From contig NC_043008.1 in NCBI RefSeq assembly GCF_006345805.1, positions 3,968,001 through 4,032,000 of the forward strand: 64,000 nucleotides of DNA. Reading direction: 5' to 3'. The notes under the pieces were generated by a model. That model ran no database searches. It worked only from the letters and a program-made list of their open reading frames with translations, and was not told where the DNA came from. The stretch comes from Octopus sinensis. Taxonomy: Eukaryota. Below are positions 53,857-64,000 of the stretch, in pieces; position 1 is the stretch's first letter, and every line of letters starts with the position of its first letter. The position numbers and the translations under genes are program-made.

Positions 53857-54403
53857 CTTAATTAATACCAATCAGTGGAAATTTGGTGGATGAAACTCTG
53901 TGGAAGCCTATCGTGTGTGTGTGAGTGTGTGTGTGTGTGTGTGTGTTTGATTTTTGATTCATATTAGCAAAATATGAGCAAGAAAAGGAATAAACTATCA
54001 GAGTAGTCATTGTGGTATTTTTCCTGGTCCTTAATATATTCCGTCAAGCAATAAACCTCAAACTATAAAACCATTCTTTCTTTGCTTGTTTAAAATGGTA
54101 AATTGTAAATTGAGAGAAGGCAAAATTTGACTACTATTTCTAGCAAATCAAATGACTACTTGGGGCCATTGCTCTTTTGTTCAGGGTGGGTGATGATTGT
54201 TGCAAAGTTGATGATTTATGAATCTTATTCCTACCCCAATCGAATAATAGTTTAAGTGGATTCAAAGAGTCTGGTGCAGCACCCTAGCTTGCCAGCTCTG
54301 GTCAAACTGTCCAATCCATGGACAACGGAGGTTAAATGATGATGCTGATATATATATATCTGCTGTATCAGTGCTAAGCAGGGATTAGGCATAAGCAAAT
54401 TTT

Positions 54404-54598
54404 AGGTTAGTTAAAATATGTTTGTAGCACTGCAAGTTACCATGGAGAAAAAATTCTCTCTTATGGTAAAAGGTGTAAAAACACCATCTCTGTGTTTTTA
54501 CACCTTTTACCATAAAAGAGATTTTTTTTCCTCCAGAGTAACCTCAGAGAATTTGCCTTAGAAGTTGAAATATGCCACGAGCATATTTTAAGTAACCT
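54404..54598. repeat. Long palindrome with a 24-bp perfect inner stem and an asymmetric bulge
   Basis: ttatggtaaaaggtgtaaaaacac-catctct-gtgtttttacaccttttaccataa; outer arms aggttagttaaaatatg / catattttaagtaacct. Confidence 0.9.
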
Positions 54599-54619
54599 TA
54601 TATATATATATATTTATAT

Positions 54620-54652
<33 letters not shown>

Positions 54653-54790
54653 GTATATGTATATATATGTATATGTATATATATGTATATGATAAAATTA
54701 TGTGGTAAGGATTCAACGAGTAGAATAGCACTTGATCAGCTAAGTGAGTAAAGATAATATTTTAATAAAAACCACAAATCTTGTTAATTA

Positions 54791-54844
54791 CAGCTACCCA
54801 GGGTTTCGTGGCTGAAACATTTTTTTTTGCCATTTTTCAAGCTG
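54791..54844 (-). ncRNA. Minimal hammerhead fold, U3-A8 variant
   Basis: CAGC UUGAAAA aUGGC-loop-GCCAc GAAA CCC u GGG UA GCUG. Confidence 0.6.
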
Positions 54845-54923
54845 AGAACATGACATTTTGACAGTTGCTTTAAAGCAAATGACGTCACCTGCTTTAAAGC
54901 AACGGTCAAACCATCTTTGTTCT

Positions 54924-54976
54924 CAGCTTGAAAAATGGTAAAGTAAATGTTTCAGCCATGAAACCCCGGGTAGCCG
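54924..54976 (+). ncRNA. Minimal hammerhead fold, U3-A8 variant (mirror copy)
   Basis: CAGC UUGAAAA AUGGU-loop-GCCAU GAAA CCC c GGG UA GCcG. Confidence 0.55.
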
Positions 54977-55012
54977 TAATTAACAAGACTTGTAGGTTTT
55001 AGTATAATGTTA

Positions 55013-55062
<50 letters not shown>

Positions 55063-55427
55063 GAGTCTGTAAGATGTTGTCAGTAAGATGCTGGATAGAT
55101 ATAGAAACTACTTTTATTTTTGTTATATAGATGCAGTACTCTAGTGCTTCACTTTTGAATATATTCTTGTGTATTATATTAATGGGTGATAAGTGGTCCT
55201 CCATTAATATAATGGCATTCTGCTTGAGAGAAAAGTTCTGTGACCTGGTTTTGATTCTAGATTGTAGCTAATATCATGGCTTTACACCACTAATTCGCTT
55301 GGGGAGAACGTGATTCTCCCAAATGTAACCCTGCCTTGCCACTGAAGTCAACAGCTGGTTACCCTTTGATGGATTCTTCTGATAGTAGTTCACACACAAT
55401 TACTGCTCTCATATTTTGCCCTAAAGG

Positions 55428-55757
55428 GAAGGCGCATGGCTCAGTGGTTAGAGCATTGGCCTTACGATCATGAGGTTGTGATTTTCATTCTCAGACTTGG
55501 TTCTGTGTTGTGTTCTGGGGCAAGACATTTTATTTCACATTACTCCAGTTCACTCAACTGTGGAAGCGAGTTGCAACATCACTGGGGCCAAGCTGTTTTG
55601 GCCCCTTTGCCTTTCCCTTGGACAACATTGGTGACATGGAGAAGGGAGACTGTTACACATAGGTGACTGCTGGTCTTTCACAAACGATCTTGCCCAGACT
55701 TATGCCTGAGGGGAACATTCTAGGTTCAATCCCTTGGTCAGTTGTCACTGAAGAGGC
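55428..55757 (+). mobile_element. tRNA-derived SINE family D
   Basis: Collinear with 32247-32582. Confidence 0.85.
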
Positions 55758-56295
55758 TAATATCAATAAAGATACATAAAGATTATGCACTCAGTTCAAT
55801 ATTCTACAGTATGCTATATACAACAGGTGTGTATAATATATACAACAGACCCACAAACACAAAGACAACCTCTTACTGAGACAAATGTGTTCAGTGAAAT
55901 AAAAACTTAATTTCATAGTTTTTAGCTTCTGTGCGGTTGGCCAAATTTTTGGTGGGGTTGTTTGTGGGGTTTTTTTTCAGTCTTTTCCTAAAGTTCACTC
56001 TGTTGCTAGTACTTGGTCCCGTTCTCCACCTCACACACTTTTTTTCTTACAGAAAACAACCTGCACATGTATCATCAGGATCAATACTAGCACAGATCAT
56101 GATCTCTGCTGCCACTTCTTCTGCTCTGGCTTTAAAAAGTAAAAAAAAAACCAGGTGCTTCTTAATCTCAACAATTTGATTAAGCTTCTTCAATGGCAAG
56201 AACATTTTTCTTTCTTTTTCCTTTTTTTCTTTTTTTTTTCTTTTTTCTAACAGTGATTCAGTTTATGATTGTTTAATGTGTGTTCAATGCATTAA

Positions 56296-56480
56296 AGTGG
56301 TGAGCTGGCAGAATCATTGGCATGCCATGCAAAATTCTTAGTAGTATTTTGTCTGTCTTTACATTCTGAGTTCAAATTCCGCCAAGGTCAACTTTTGCCT
56401 TTCATTCTGAGCACCAGGGTTGATGTAATCGACTTACTCACTCCCCCACAATTTGCTGGCCTTGTGCCAAAACTTGAAAA
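56296..56480 (+). mobile_element. SINE family A copy
   Basis: gtggtgagctggcagaatcatt...ttctgagttcaaattccgccaaggtc. Confidence 0.8.
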
Positions 56481-56849
56481 CAATATGTGTCTAATGCATA
56501 TTAGTCAACCAATATATTATACACACCTGTTATAGACATAATCTGTGTTATAACATGAAATACCATCACTTGAAAAAACATTATTTCACTCTTTTCAGAG
56601 ATTTAGTCAGGAAGGAAGGCTTGTAATATTGAGAATCCACCATGGACAGTTTATTGTAGATTTTGGTAAGTTAAACTGCCACAATGAATGAGAAATCTAT
56701 CTCATGTTATGAGGTCTTGCTGTCATCTGAGAAGAGAGCAAGGGGGATGTGATCACTTGGGCAGTTACAGAGTGAATTTTATATCAGAGTAGGTTTTGAT
56801 TAGTTCAGCATCAAACAGCCTCAGTTGAATGCAGAGATGAGGAGGGTTG

Positions 56850-57600
56850 CTATGTATTTGCTAACATTCTTTGGCTGAGCCAACAAGTGGGGCAGTTAGA
56901 AACATTTTAATCGCATTAGAAACAACTTTTCATCCTACGATATTTATTTCTGATATTGAAAACGTTGGCAATAATCAGCCAATCTGTTTTATTGTATAAA
57001 TATGCTGTCAGCACTCTTCCATTCTGTATCCAATATTCTTAACAAATGTTAAGCGGTAAATGCTCTTTGCTTAACTATCATTTTCTGCCACCTGACCAAT
57101 ATTCTGCAGAAGAAATGGTTCAGAGTTTTTCGTTTTTACTAAATTTATAGTTACAGAGTTTCCGTCCTTAGATTTTCTGATAGTTTCTGTTGTCTTTAGC
57201 TGACTATGGTGAGCAAACCTATGTTGTCTTTAGATATTTTGCGATTTGCTATTAATTTTCCTGACATCTAATATGAATTCAAGCAAATGTTGATTTTGAA
57301 ACCTTAATGATATCACAGTAACCATTAAAACTGCTTGTCTTCACGTATTTCCAGTTAGTTTCACAATTCTCTTTGATCTTGTGATATATTTACGCAATCG
57401 TTGCTGAATCTTCATAGCAAGTCTCTGTTTCCATTAGTTTTGTTTGCTTTTCAACTCTGTCTGTTTCCAGTGTAATTTCTGCTGTTGCCTGGCTTCAGTG
57501 GTTCCACTTTATTTTGAATAACCTTCTGTGTTGTTAGAGAGATTGAAGAAGACACAAGCAGCACTTTTTGTTGAGTAGCTGCAATCATCTCTGCCTGAGT
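56850..57600 (-). mobile_element. Decayed LINE ORF1 (L1/Tx1-like, zinc knuckle remnant)
   Basis: Minus-strand fragments EYWIQNGRVLT and KSCF*CD*NVSNCP resemble NG.R...CF.C....H....CP. Confidence 0.35.
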
Positions 57601-58968
57601 AAACTTATGCCATGGAGAAAGCATATTTGAGCAAACTATAGAAATAACTTACTTGAGTAAACATGGTGTAAGGAAATAATTTGTTCCATCCTATCTTTAT
57701 GTGTTTTTGTTGTTTTTTTATGTTAGAAAAAAATATGGTGGTTCTAGATGTAAGCCTATTGTACTGAGCTAGCTGAATAACAATATAGATACTCTTTTTT
57801 ATTGGTTCATTTGTCGTAAAATTGTCTTAGGTCTGTTTTATTATTAAGTGGTGCCATAAAACTAACAACAGCTGTATAACATGTTGTTTTTGCTACTCAG
57901 CACAGGAGCCAGGTTAATAGAGTTTTCATTTCATGAAAGAATGTTGTTTTTGAATGTGCCAAAATTTTATTTTGAGTGGATTAACCACGATATGGGTACA
58001 ATGTATTGATTTATTTCCTTCTGTTTCAAAATCTATCTGGCAGCAGGTGCTAGCTTCTACAATAAGCAAATAATTAATTATGTATGCTACCACACAGCAG
58101 GAGAATTAATAAGTTTGGTATATAGTGAGATGTATAGGATTTATAATAGTTGTGTCTAATCGTGGTTATTGTTGTAATTGAACCTAAAGTCATTTGGCAT
58201 GCATTCTCTCTACAACAACCATCATTAGTGTTAAAATCAATAGGAGAAAGTGAATAGATGATTTTACTACTTTATTTGCAGCCTACACAGAGAACTATCG
58301 AAACTGTGTTCGTGTACATCAAATATATATTTGCCTGTATTCGTGTGTATGTATACATCTCTGCCCATATATGGGTTTTGTTTGTCTACATGTTAGTATT
58401 TGTGATACGAGTGTGTATTTCTGTATTTTGGGGGTGAATTGATGGCAGATTTCCATGAAAATTCTTTAGTAGGAAAGGAATAATTTGTAAGTAAAACTAA
58501 TTATGGTAACAACTGCTTTATCTCTTTTGATCATGATTGATTGCCAAAATGCTGAAGTATCATTTCTACAGTGTGAACTACTTTTCATAATAGACCAGAG
58601 ATTTAAAGTCAGTGTTTGTCAAAATTATCCAGCTTTTTGCTTTATGGAGAAAACAATTATCTTGTAAGAAACTTCAAGTCGATTTCCATTCTTTCATTCA
58701 GAATGCTATTATATAGTATAAAAAAAAATCCTCCTTCATCACAATATGCCAAAGCTAGACTACCAAAAGATACAAGTTTTAAACTTCACACAGATAATTT
58801 TGCTTAGTAGTAAGCATTGTAGAATAGCAGTAGGTTAACAGTAAATGAAGCTTAGAATGAGGTTTAGATTTAGTTAAAGCCATTTCTTTTCACCAATGTC
58901 ATTAATTGCAGAGATATACTTGCATAGCAAGTGACATGATCTGAGATCGTGTGCTGGAATGAAAACAT

Positions 58969-59210
58969 TTGCAGCATGGAGGGTATTTATAAGCCATTTA
59001 AGAAACACACAAAATACGTTAGATTCACTTCAACATTTAAATTTAATTTGCCAAAATATTTTCGTCGCTTTGAGCATGGATTTTTGTCAGTGAACAGGTC
59101 ACGGTCTCAAAGTGACGAAAATATTTTGACAAGTTATATTTAAATGTTGAAGTGAATCTAACAGATTTTGTATTTTCTTAAATGACTTATAAACACCTTC
59201 CACGCTGCAA
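58969..59210. repeat. About 242-bp palindrome with an asymmetric centre
   Basis: ttgcagcatggagggtatttataagccatttaag... / ...cttaaatgacttataaacaccttccacgctgcaa. Confidence 0.92.
59084..59132 (+). ncRNA. Minimal type-I hammerhead fold, G3-C8 variant
   Basis: UUGUCA GUGAACA G GUCAC ggucucaaa GUGAC GAAA AUAU U U UGACAA: perfect 6-bp stem I, perfect 5-bp stem II and palindromic stem III. Confidence 0.68.
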
Positions 59211-59289
59211 TGTCATTAATGCTTTTGAGAAAGACTTGGGCATCTCAATTCTCATTTACTCTTCACACACAAGTATATATATATATAAG

Positions 59290-59590
59290 TAGAGTAGTGT
59301 TGTTAAAAAACTGTTTTTGCAGCTACAAGGTTCTGGATTCATTCCCTCTTTGCACTACCTTGAGTGTGTGTGTGTGTGCATGTTTGTCACACATACCTCC
59401 ACAGCTTGGCAACCAGTGTTGCTTTGTTTACATTCTCATAACTTAGTGATTCAGCAAATGTGACTGATAGAAAAAAGGCTAGATTTAAAGAAAAAAGAAG
59501 AAAACATTAGTCCTGGGGTGTATTCATTGGAAAATCCTTTATGGTGGTGCCCCAGAATGGCTGCAATCCAATGACTGAAACTTGTAAAGC
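59290..59590 (+). mobile_element. SINE family B copy (degenerate, internally deleted)
   Basis: agtcctggggt...ggtggtgccccagaatggctgcaatccaatgactgaaac. Confidence 0.7.
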
Positions 59591-61899
59591 TAAATCATTG
59601 CATCTGGTGAAAATGAAACCAGAATTTTGCTGCTAAATAAGTAAATATTCAACCTAATGCACGACAAAGAGTTTATACAGTAGGAAAAGGGACGGCTAAT
59701 GTTTGCAGTCGACCCTTTTGTCTGAGAGAAATGAAATGTTTGTGTTTCTAGGATAATAGATTAGGTGTGGTGAATAAGGGGAAATTATTATAACAGTGAA
59801 AAGAAAGGGAGAGAAAGAAATACCAACTGTTTGGTGGAAGCGGGGAACAGGCAGATGGAGAGAAAATAAAAGGAATTTGAAAAACATTGAAAGGATGAGA
59901 GACTGACAAGAATACACTATTCACATAGAAGATATCTCTACAGATACATACACGCAGACATAGATTGTTGTAATGTTTTACTCAACATGACAAGTAAGAA
60001 GCTAAGAAGAAATTACTCATCCGGGGTATTTTAGTTCATTACTTCATAGAATTACTTTTGTTGAGAAGAGTGGATTTCATAGATATCTCACCATATTCTT
60101 CTGTTGGGAGAAAGCTGCACTTAATTCTGATCATTCCAAATTACAAAACTAGAGTTGAACATCCATAGAAATGTTCTTCAGGTGAAGTTAATTATAAAAT
60201 TATGCTCATCAAATCATTCCCAATTTCTGTCTTGACAAATCTGTCCCTGTTAACATCAAGGTTATTCAAGTTGTTGTAATTATCTTTAGATATGGTGTCT
60301 AGTCGAGTGTAGACAATCCAATAAGAGAAACTCTCCGTGTTTGAAATAGGAACTGAATCTCCTTCAAATCACACCCTGCCAACATAAATGAAGAGAAGAC
60401 ACATTGGATAATGTAATCTAGATGCAGTCCACTAACTGGAGAGGGTGGAAAGGAGAGGAAGGAAAACGGTCAGGAGGAGATCTGAAAAACATTGACAGGA
60501 GGAGATAATGGCAGAGAATCACTATAGATACACACACACAGGCATATGCATGGCTTGCTTCTCAACCATATGATTTCAGGCTTAGTTCCACTGCATGTCA
60601 CCTTGGATGAGTGTCTTGTAAGTGGGTTTAGCAGACAGTAGCTGGAAGAAGTTTATTGTAAATGTGTGTGTGTGTGTGTGTCACGTTGTCCTGACATCAT
60701 GTGATGGTTGTCAACAAGTATCATCATACAAGCAATGCTGCTCGTTTCCACTCTTCCATGGAAAACATGTTTGGCAAAAGTGAAATATTACTTTATTTTG
60801 AAATGGATGCAGGATGGTAACAAGAAGGGTGTCTGGCTGTAGAAAATCTCTCAACAAATTCCGACTCCTCCACACACAGAAAAGTGGACATTAAACTAAT
60901 AATGGTGATGATATATAAACGCACTAGCATGCACTACATACAAACCCTTAGATACATTTTCACGCTGCTTGGGCTGTGTAACTATTTACTTACACACTCT
61001 CTCTCATTTCCTTTTACAATTTATGACAAATATGGAATTTCAAAGCAGCTCCTTTCAAAGCTAACACAGAATCCATCATTTTAGATTCTGTAAGTTCATT
61101 AGTTCATAGAAATTATAGTCTTTTAAAATCTACTTAGATTGAAAATGGAATGGTCGTAGCTAAACTCCTTTTGATCATGGATCTGCTGGGTAAGAGCTGA
61201 CCTGGTGTTAACAGCTACAGTGAGTAAAGTGAAGCTGAGGAACACCCGATAAGTCGTATTTGCTATCATCTTGTGTGAGTGGATTGATAATTAGATTTCA
61301 TTTCATATCATTTCAGTCTAACCACTTACATATGTATATCTATATAGAAAAGATATAATCACCACAGCTTCCAATTAATTCACCTGTAAACATTTGATAT
61401 TTATGTAGAGAAATATTTATGTCAGTTTTATGGAAAATATCAGAAGTATATGATAGAGATATTAACAGCTGATTATTAATGTTGATCATTGATTTGTTCT
61501 TTATGAGCCAATGAAGAAGCTTCTATACAATATTCTGACCTGCTATAAATAGCAGCCAAGTTTCTCATGATTTACACTCTGCTCTCTTAAATGGAAAGAA
61601 AGACACTTTGCAGAACTAGTCCTGGATATACTTATCCATACACACACAGGCATAAACACACATGCGCAAAATAATAATAATAATAATAATAATAAATAAG
61701 ACCAGATCGAATGGTGTCTGTCAGAAAGCCTTATATCCTAAGCCTGCTTCAGCAAGGGTAGCCTAAGAGTAAATAACAATTATCTCAGTGATTTTTGTTT
61801 TAATGACCTTATGCTGTGTAAATTATAACTTGACCTTAATTACCTAAAATCACAGAATGGATACCATGTAATATAATACAGTTAGGTCTTTTATGAGCA

Positions 61900-62146
61900 T
61901 ATTTCTAATGAGATGCATTGTCCATATGTTCTAATTAATTTTCAAAATAATGAAGAATTAGTAAAGATTTTGTAAAATAACAGATATTTTCATAATTAAG
62001 ATGGCATTTGGAATATAACTTAACAAATTGTTCTTATATAAAAATTATGATGGAGAGTTTTATTTTAAATATGAACACTTAAATTTAGAAGTTTTGTGTT
62101 ATGAAACTAGAAGCCATCTCAGGCATATTAGTATCAAAAGGGTTAA
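61900..62146. mobile_element. TTAA-ended MITE family H
   Basis: Ends agtatcaaaagggttaa. Confidence 0.6.
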
Positions 62147-62989
62147 TTAGAGAAGACTATTTTTAAGATTTTCTTTTGGTTCTAAATTACTATTTTATCC
62201 AATGAAATTGAGTCTAGTCAAGATGGATGTTTGTAAAATTCAAATATAAATTCTCTTGTGATAACAGAATTAATTGGAAAACTGATAACTGATATTTTTA
62301 TATTTCAAAACAATTTTGTCAAATATACTTTTAAATCAGATGACAAAATACTAGCAACAGGGGTCAAGTTAAATGAGTAACACAACCTCTTGCAAAATAC
62401 GAGTTTTTGATTTAATTATTAACAATAATTAAAGGTTAATGGATTCTTGCAGTGTCCAAGGACAAAGAAAAAATTTTTAAATGAGTTTCCAGGCAACCAC
62501 TGCATGATTTCTTGACCTACAAAAAAGAGCTGTTAAATCTTCCTAAAATACACTTCACCATCTTAAATAAATAAAGGACATATTACATAATGTAGTTGTT
62601 GCTGTTTTAATTACAAGTCCATTTTATCAGAGTTAGCAACCTAGACTAAAACCACATGTAAGGCTCCTCTCAGTACATTAGAATGTATCCCACAGGCAGC
62701 CCCTGACATTCTTTATCTTGAGCCATTTTTTAAAAACCCAATAGTTAACACTATTATAGCTTTATTTGCTTTGAGTTTCAACATCCTCAAAAAGAATTAT
62801 TAATATTTATGTTTTTATTAGAAGAATCCATAATGTCAACCAAGATATATACAAAAGAGTTATGGAATGGAGTGGAACCTCAGAAGTGGTAAAATCCAAC
62901 CACTTCCTTATTAAAATCAATAAGGAACCTCTCTGTAGTTGCTTAAGGTACTGCCAATAGCGACCAACACCCTATCAAATCACACTTCA

Positions 62990-63420
62990 CATTAGATAAT
63001 ATGAAACATGTGTAGCCCTGATTTCGCATACTCCACTCTGTAACTCTTGTAGTCTTCTTTGCACACTCAACAACCCTGATTGCCCGAAACGAGAAATATA
63101 AGAAGAACTTTTTTTTTTCAGTATGTCGTTCTTTGATAAAAGTAAAAAAAAAATCCACATCCTTCCATCTCAATAAACCACTATTGTTCCTGAAAGTTGT
63201 TTTTTTTATTTTCACTGCAGATTGCTTGAAGCTAACTTTCTTCCTACACCTCAGTCCCTGGATCTTATATTTATCGATAGATAAACAGACAGATAGATAT
63301 ATTATGCTTTTTTTTGTGTGTGTTGGTGCCAAACTGTGTTGTATAGTATTGCAATCAATTCTTTGCATTAGACTTAAATATATGAAGGATCCTGAAATCT
63401 TTAGTACACAATTAATAGCT
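62990..63420 (-). mobile_element. Decayed Helitron/Helentron Rep (HUH endonuclease) fragment
   Basis: In order across frameshifts: KISGSFIY (compare IRGSPAYW), KELIAI..QFG.PT (compare L.AMIRQ.G.PT) and EDYKSYRVEYAKSGL-H-(V)HII (compare DY.YRVEFQ.RG.PH.H). Confidence 0.6.
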
Positions 63421-64000
63421 GAAGGATTGTCAGTGTCTTTGATTTTGCACAAAATTTTGCCTTGTTTGATTCCTTCAGAATAAACGCTAGTAATTTGTAC
63501 AGCAGTTGTTGAAGCAAAGTAATTTTTGTTGAATTTCACACTTTCATGTAATGTCCTATAAATTATATCATTAACCAATATTGAAAGTCGGAAGAAAGAG
63601 TTGAAGCTAGATTTTGAATATTTTCTTAATTAGGAATATCGTGCTTTTAATCAAAGTTAACCAATTTATTTCTCTAATTTCATATTCATTGATAATATTT
63701 AATTCAGTGTGAACACTATGGAATAGATTTTAATGAATTTACATGATGTATTATACACACATTGGTAATTCATAATATTCATGGAATATACTTCCAAGAT
63801 GCTTTTATAATATTAATAAAGTGCAAATCTATCATGGGTAAATATTTTCTGGTGATTGGCAAATAAAATGCCAATTATTGAATAATAATGCTTGTGATGG
63901 GGATGAAGATAATGATTCTAATAATATGGAAATGGTTCACACACACCAAGGTGTTAGTTATTACATAGTCTCTCGACCTGCTCAACCCATTAGCATTCAA

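Larger units (their letters stand above)
54766..55001. repeat. About 236-bp palindrome centred on TGACGTCA (54880-54887), Penelope-type terminal inversion
   Basis: The arms are reverse-complementary over more than 110 bp. Confidence 0.9.

Noticed and set aside
62943-63578. 211-aa ORF as a host gene
   Set aside because: Non-ATG start, homopolymer runs and Rep motifs split across frames indicate a transposon relic.

Overview
This is AT-rich, repeat-dense eukaryotic DNA. The repeat families look like those of Octopus (coleoid cephalopod); that is inferred from recognising the repeats, not from a search. I find no intact protein-coding gene, and nearly all listed ORFs are microsatellite read-throughs or repeat-derived. 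The window is most plausibly a very large intron or the 5' region of a + strand gene, with weak candidate 5'-UTR exons at about 2.5-6.4 kb, including a perfect polypyrimidine-CAG|GTAAGT ratchet-like site at 6315-6322. The rest is a layered mobile-element record: several tRNA-type SINE families, RTE LINE 3' ends, Penelope-like (RT/GIY-YIG) relics, mariner/maT/Tc1/Tc2 relics and MITEs, TTAA-ended MITEs, a non-autonomous Helitron and a decayed Helitron Rep fragment. The most striking signal is a set of 150-250 bp palindromes and short Penelope-type elements carrying minimal type-I hammerhead ribozyme folds. Their cores show three different Watson-Crick versions of the 3-8 tertiary pair: C3-G8 at 31.7 kb, U3-A8 twice at 54.8-55.0 kb and G3-C8 at 59.1 kb. 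Family labels A-H are my own working names.
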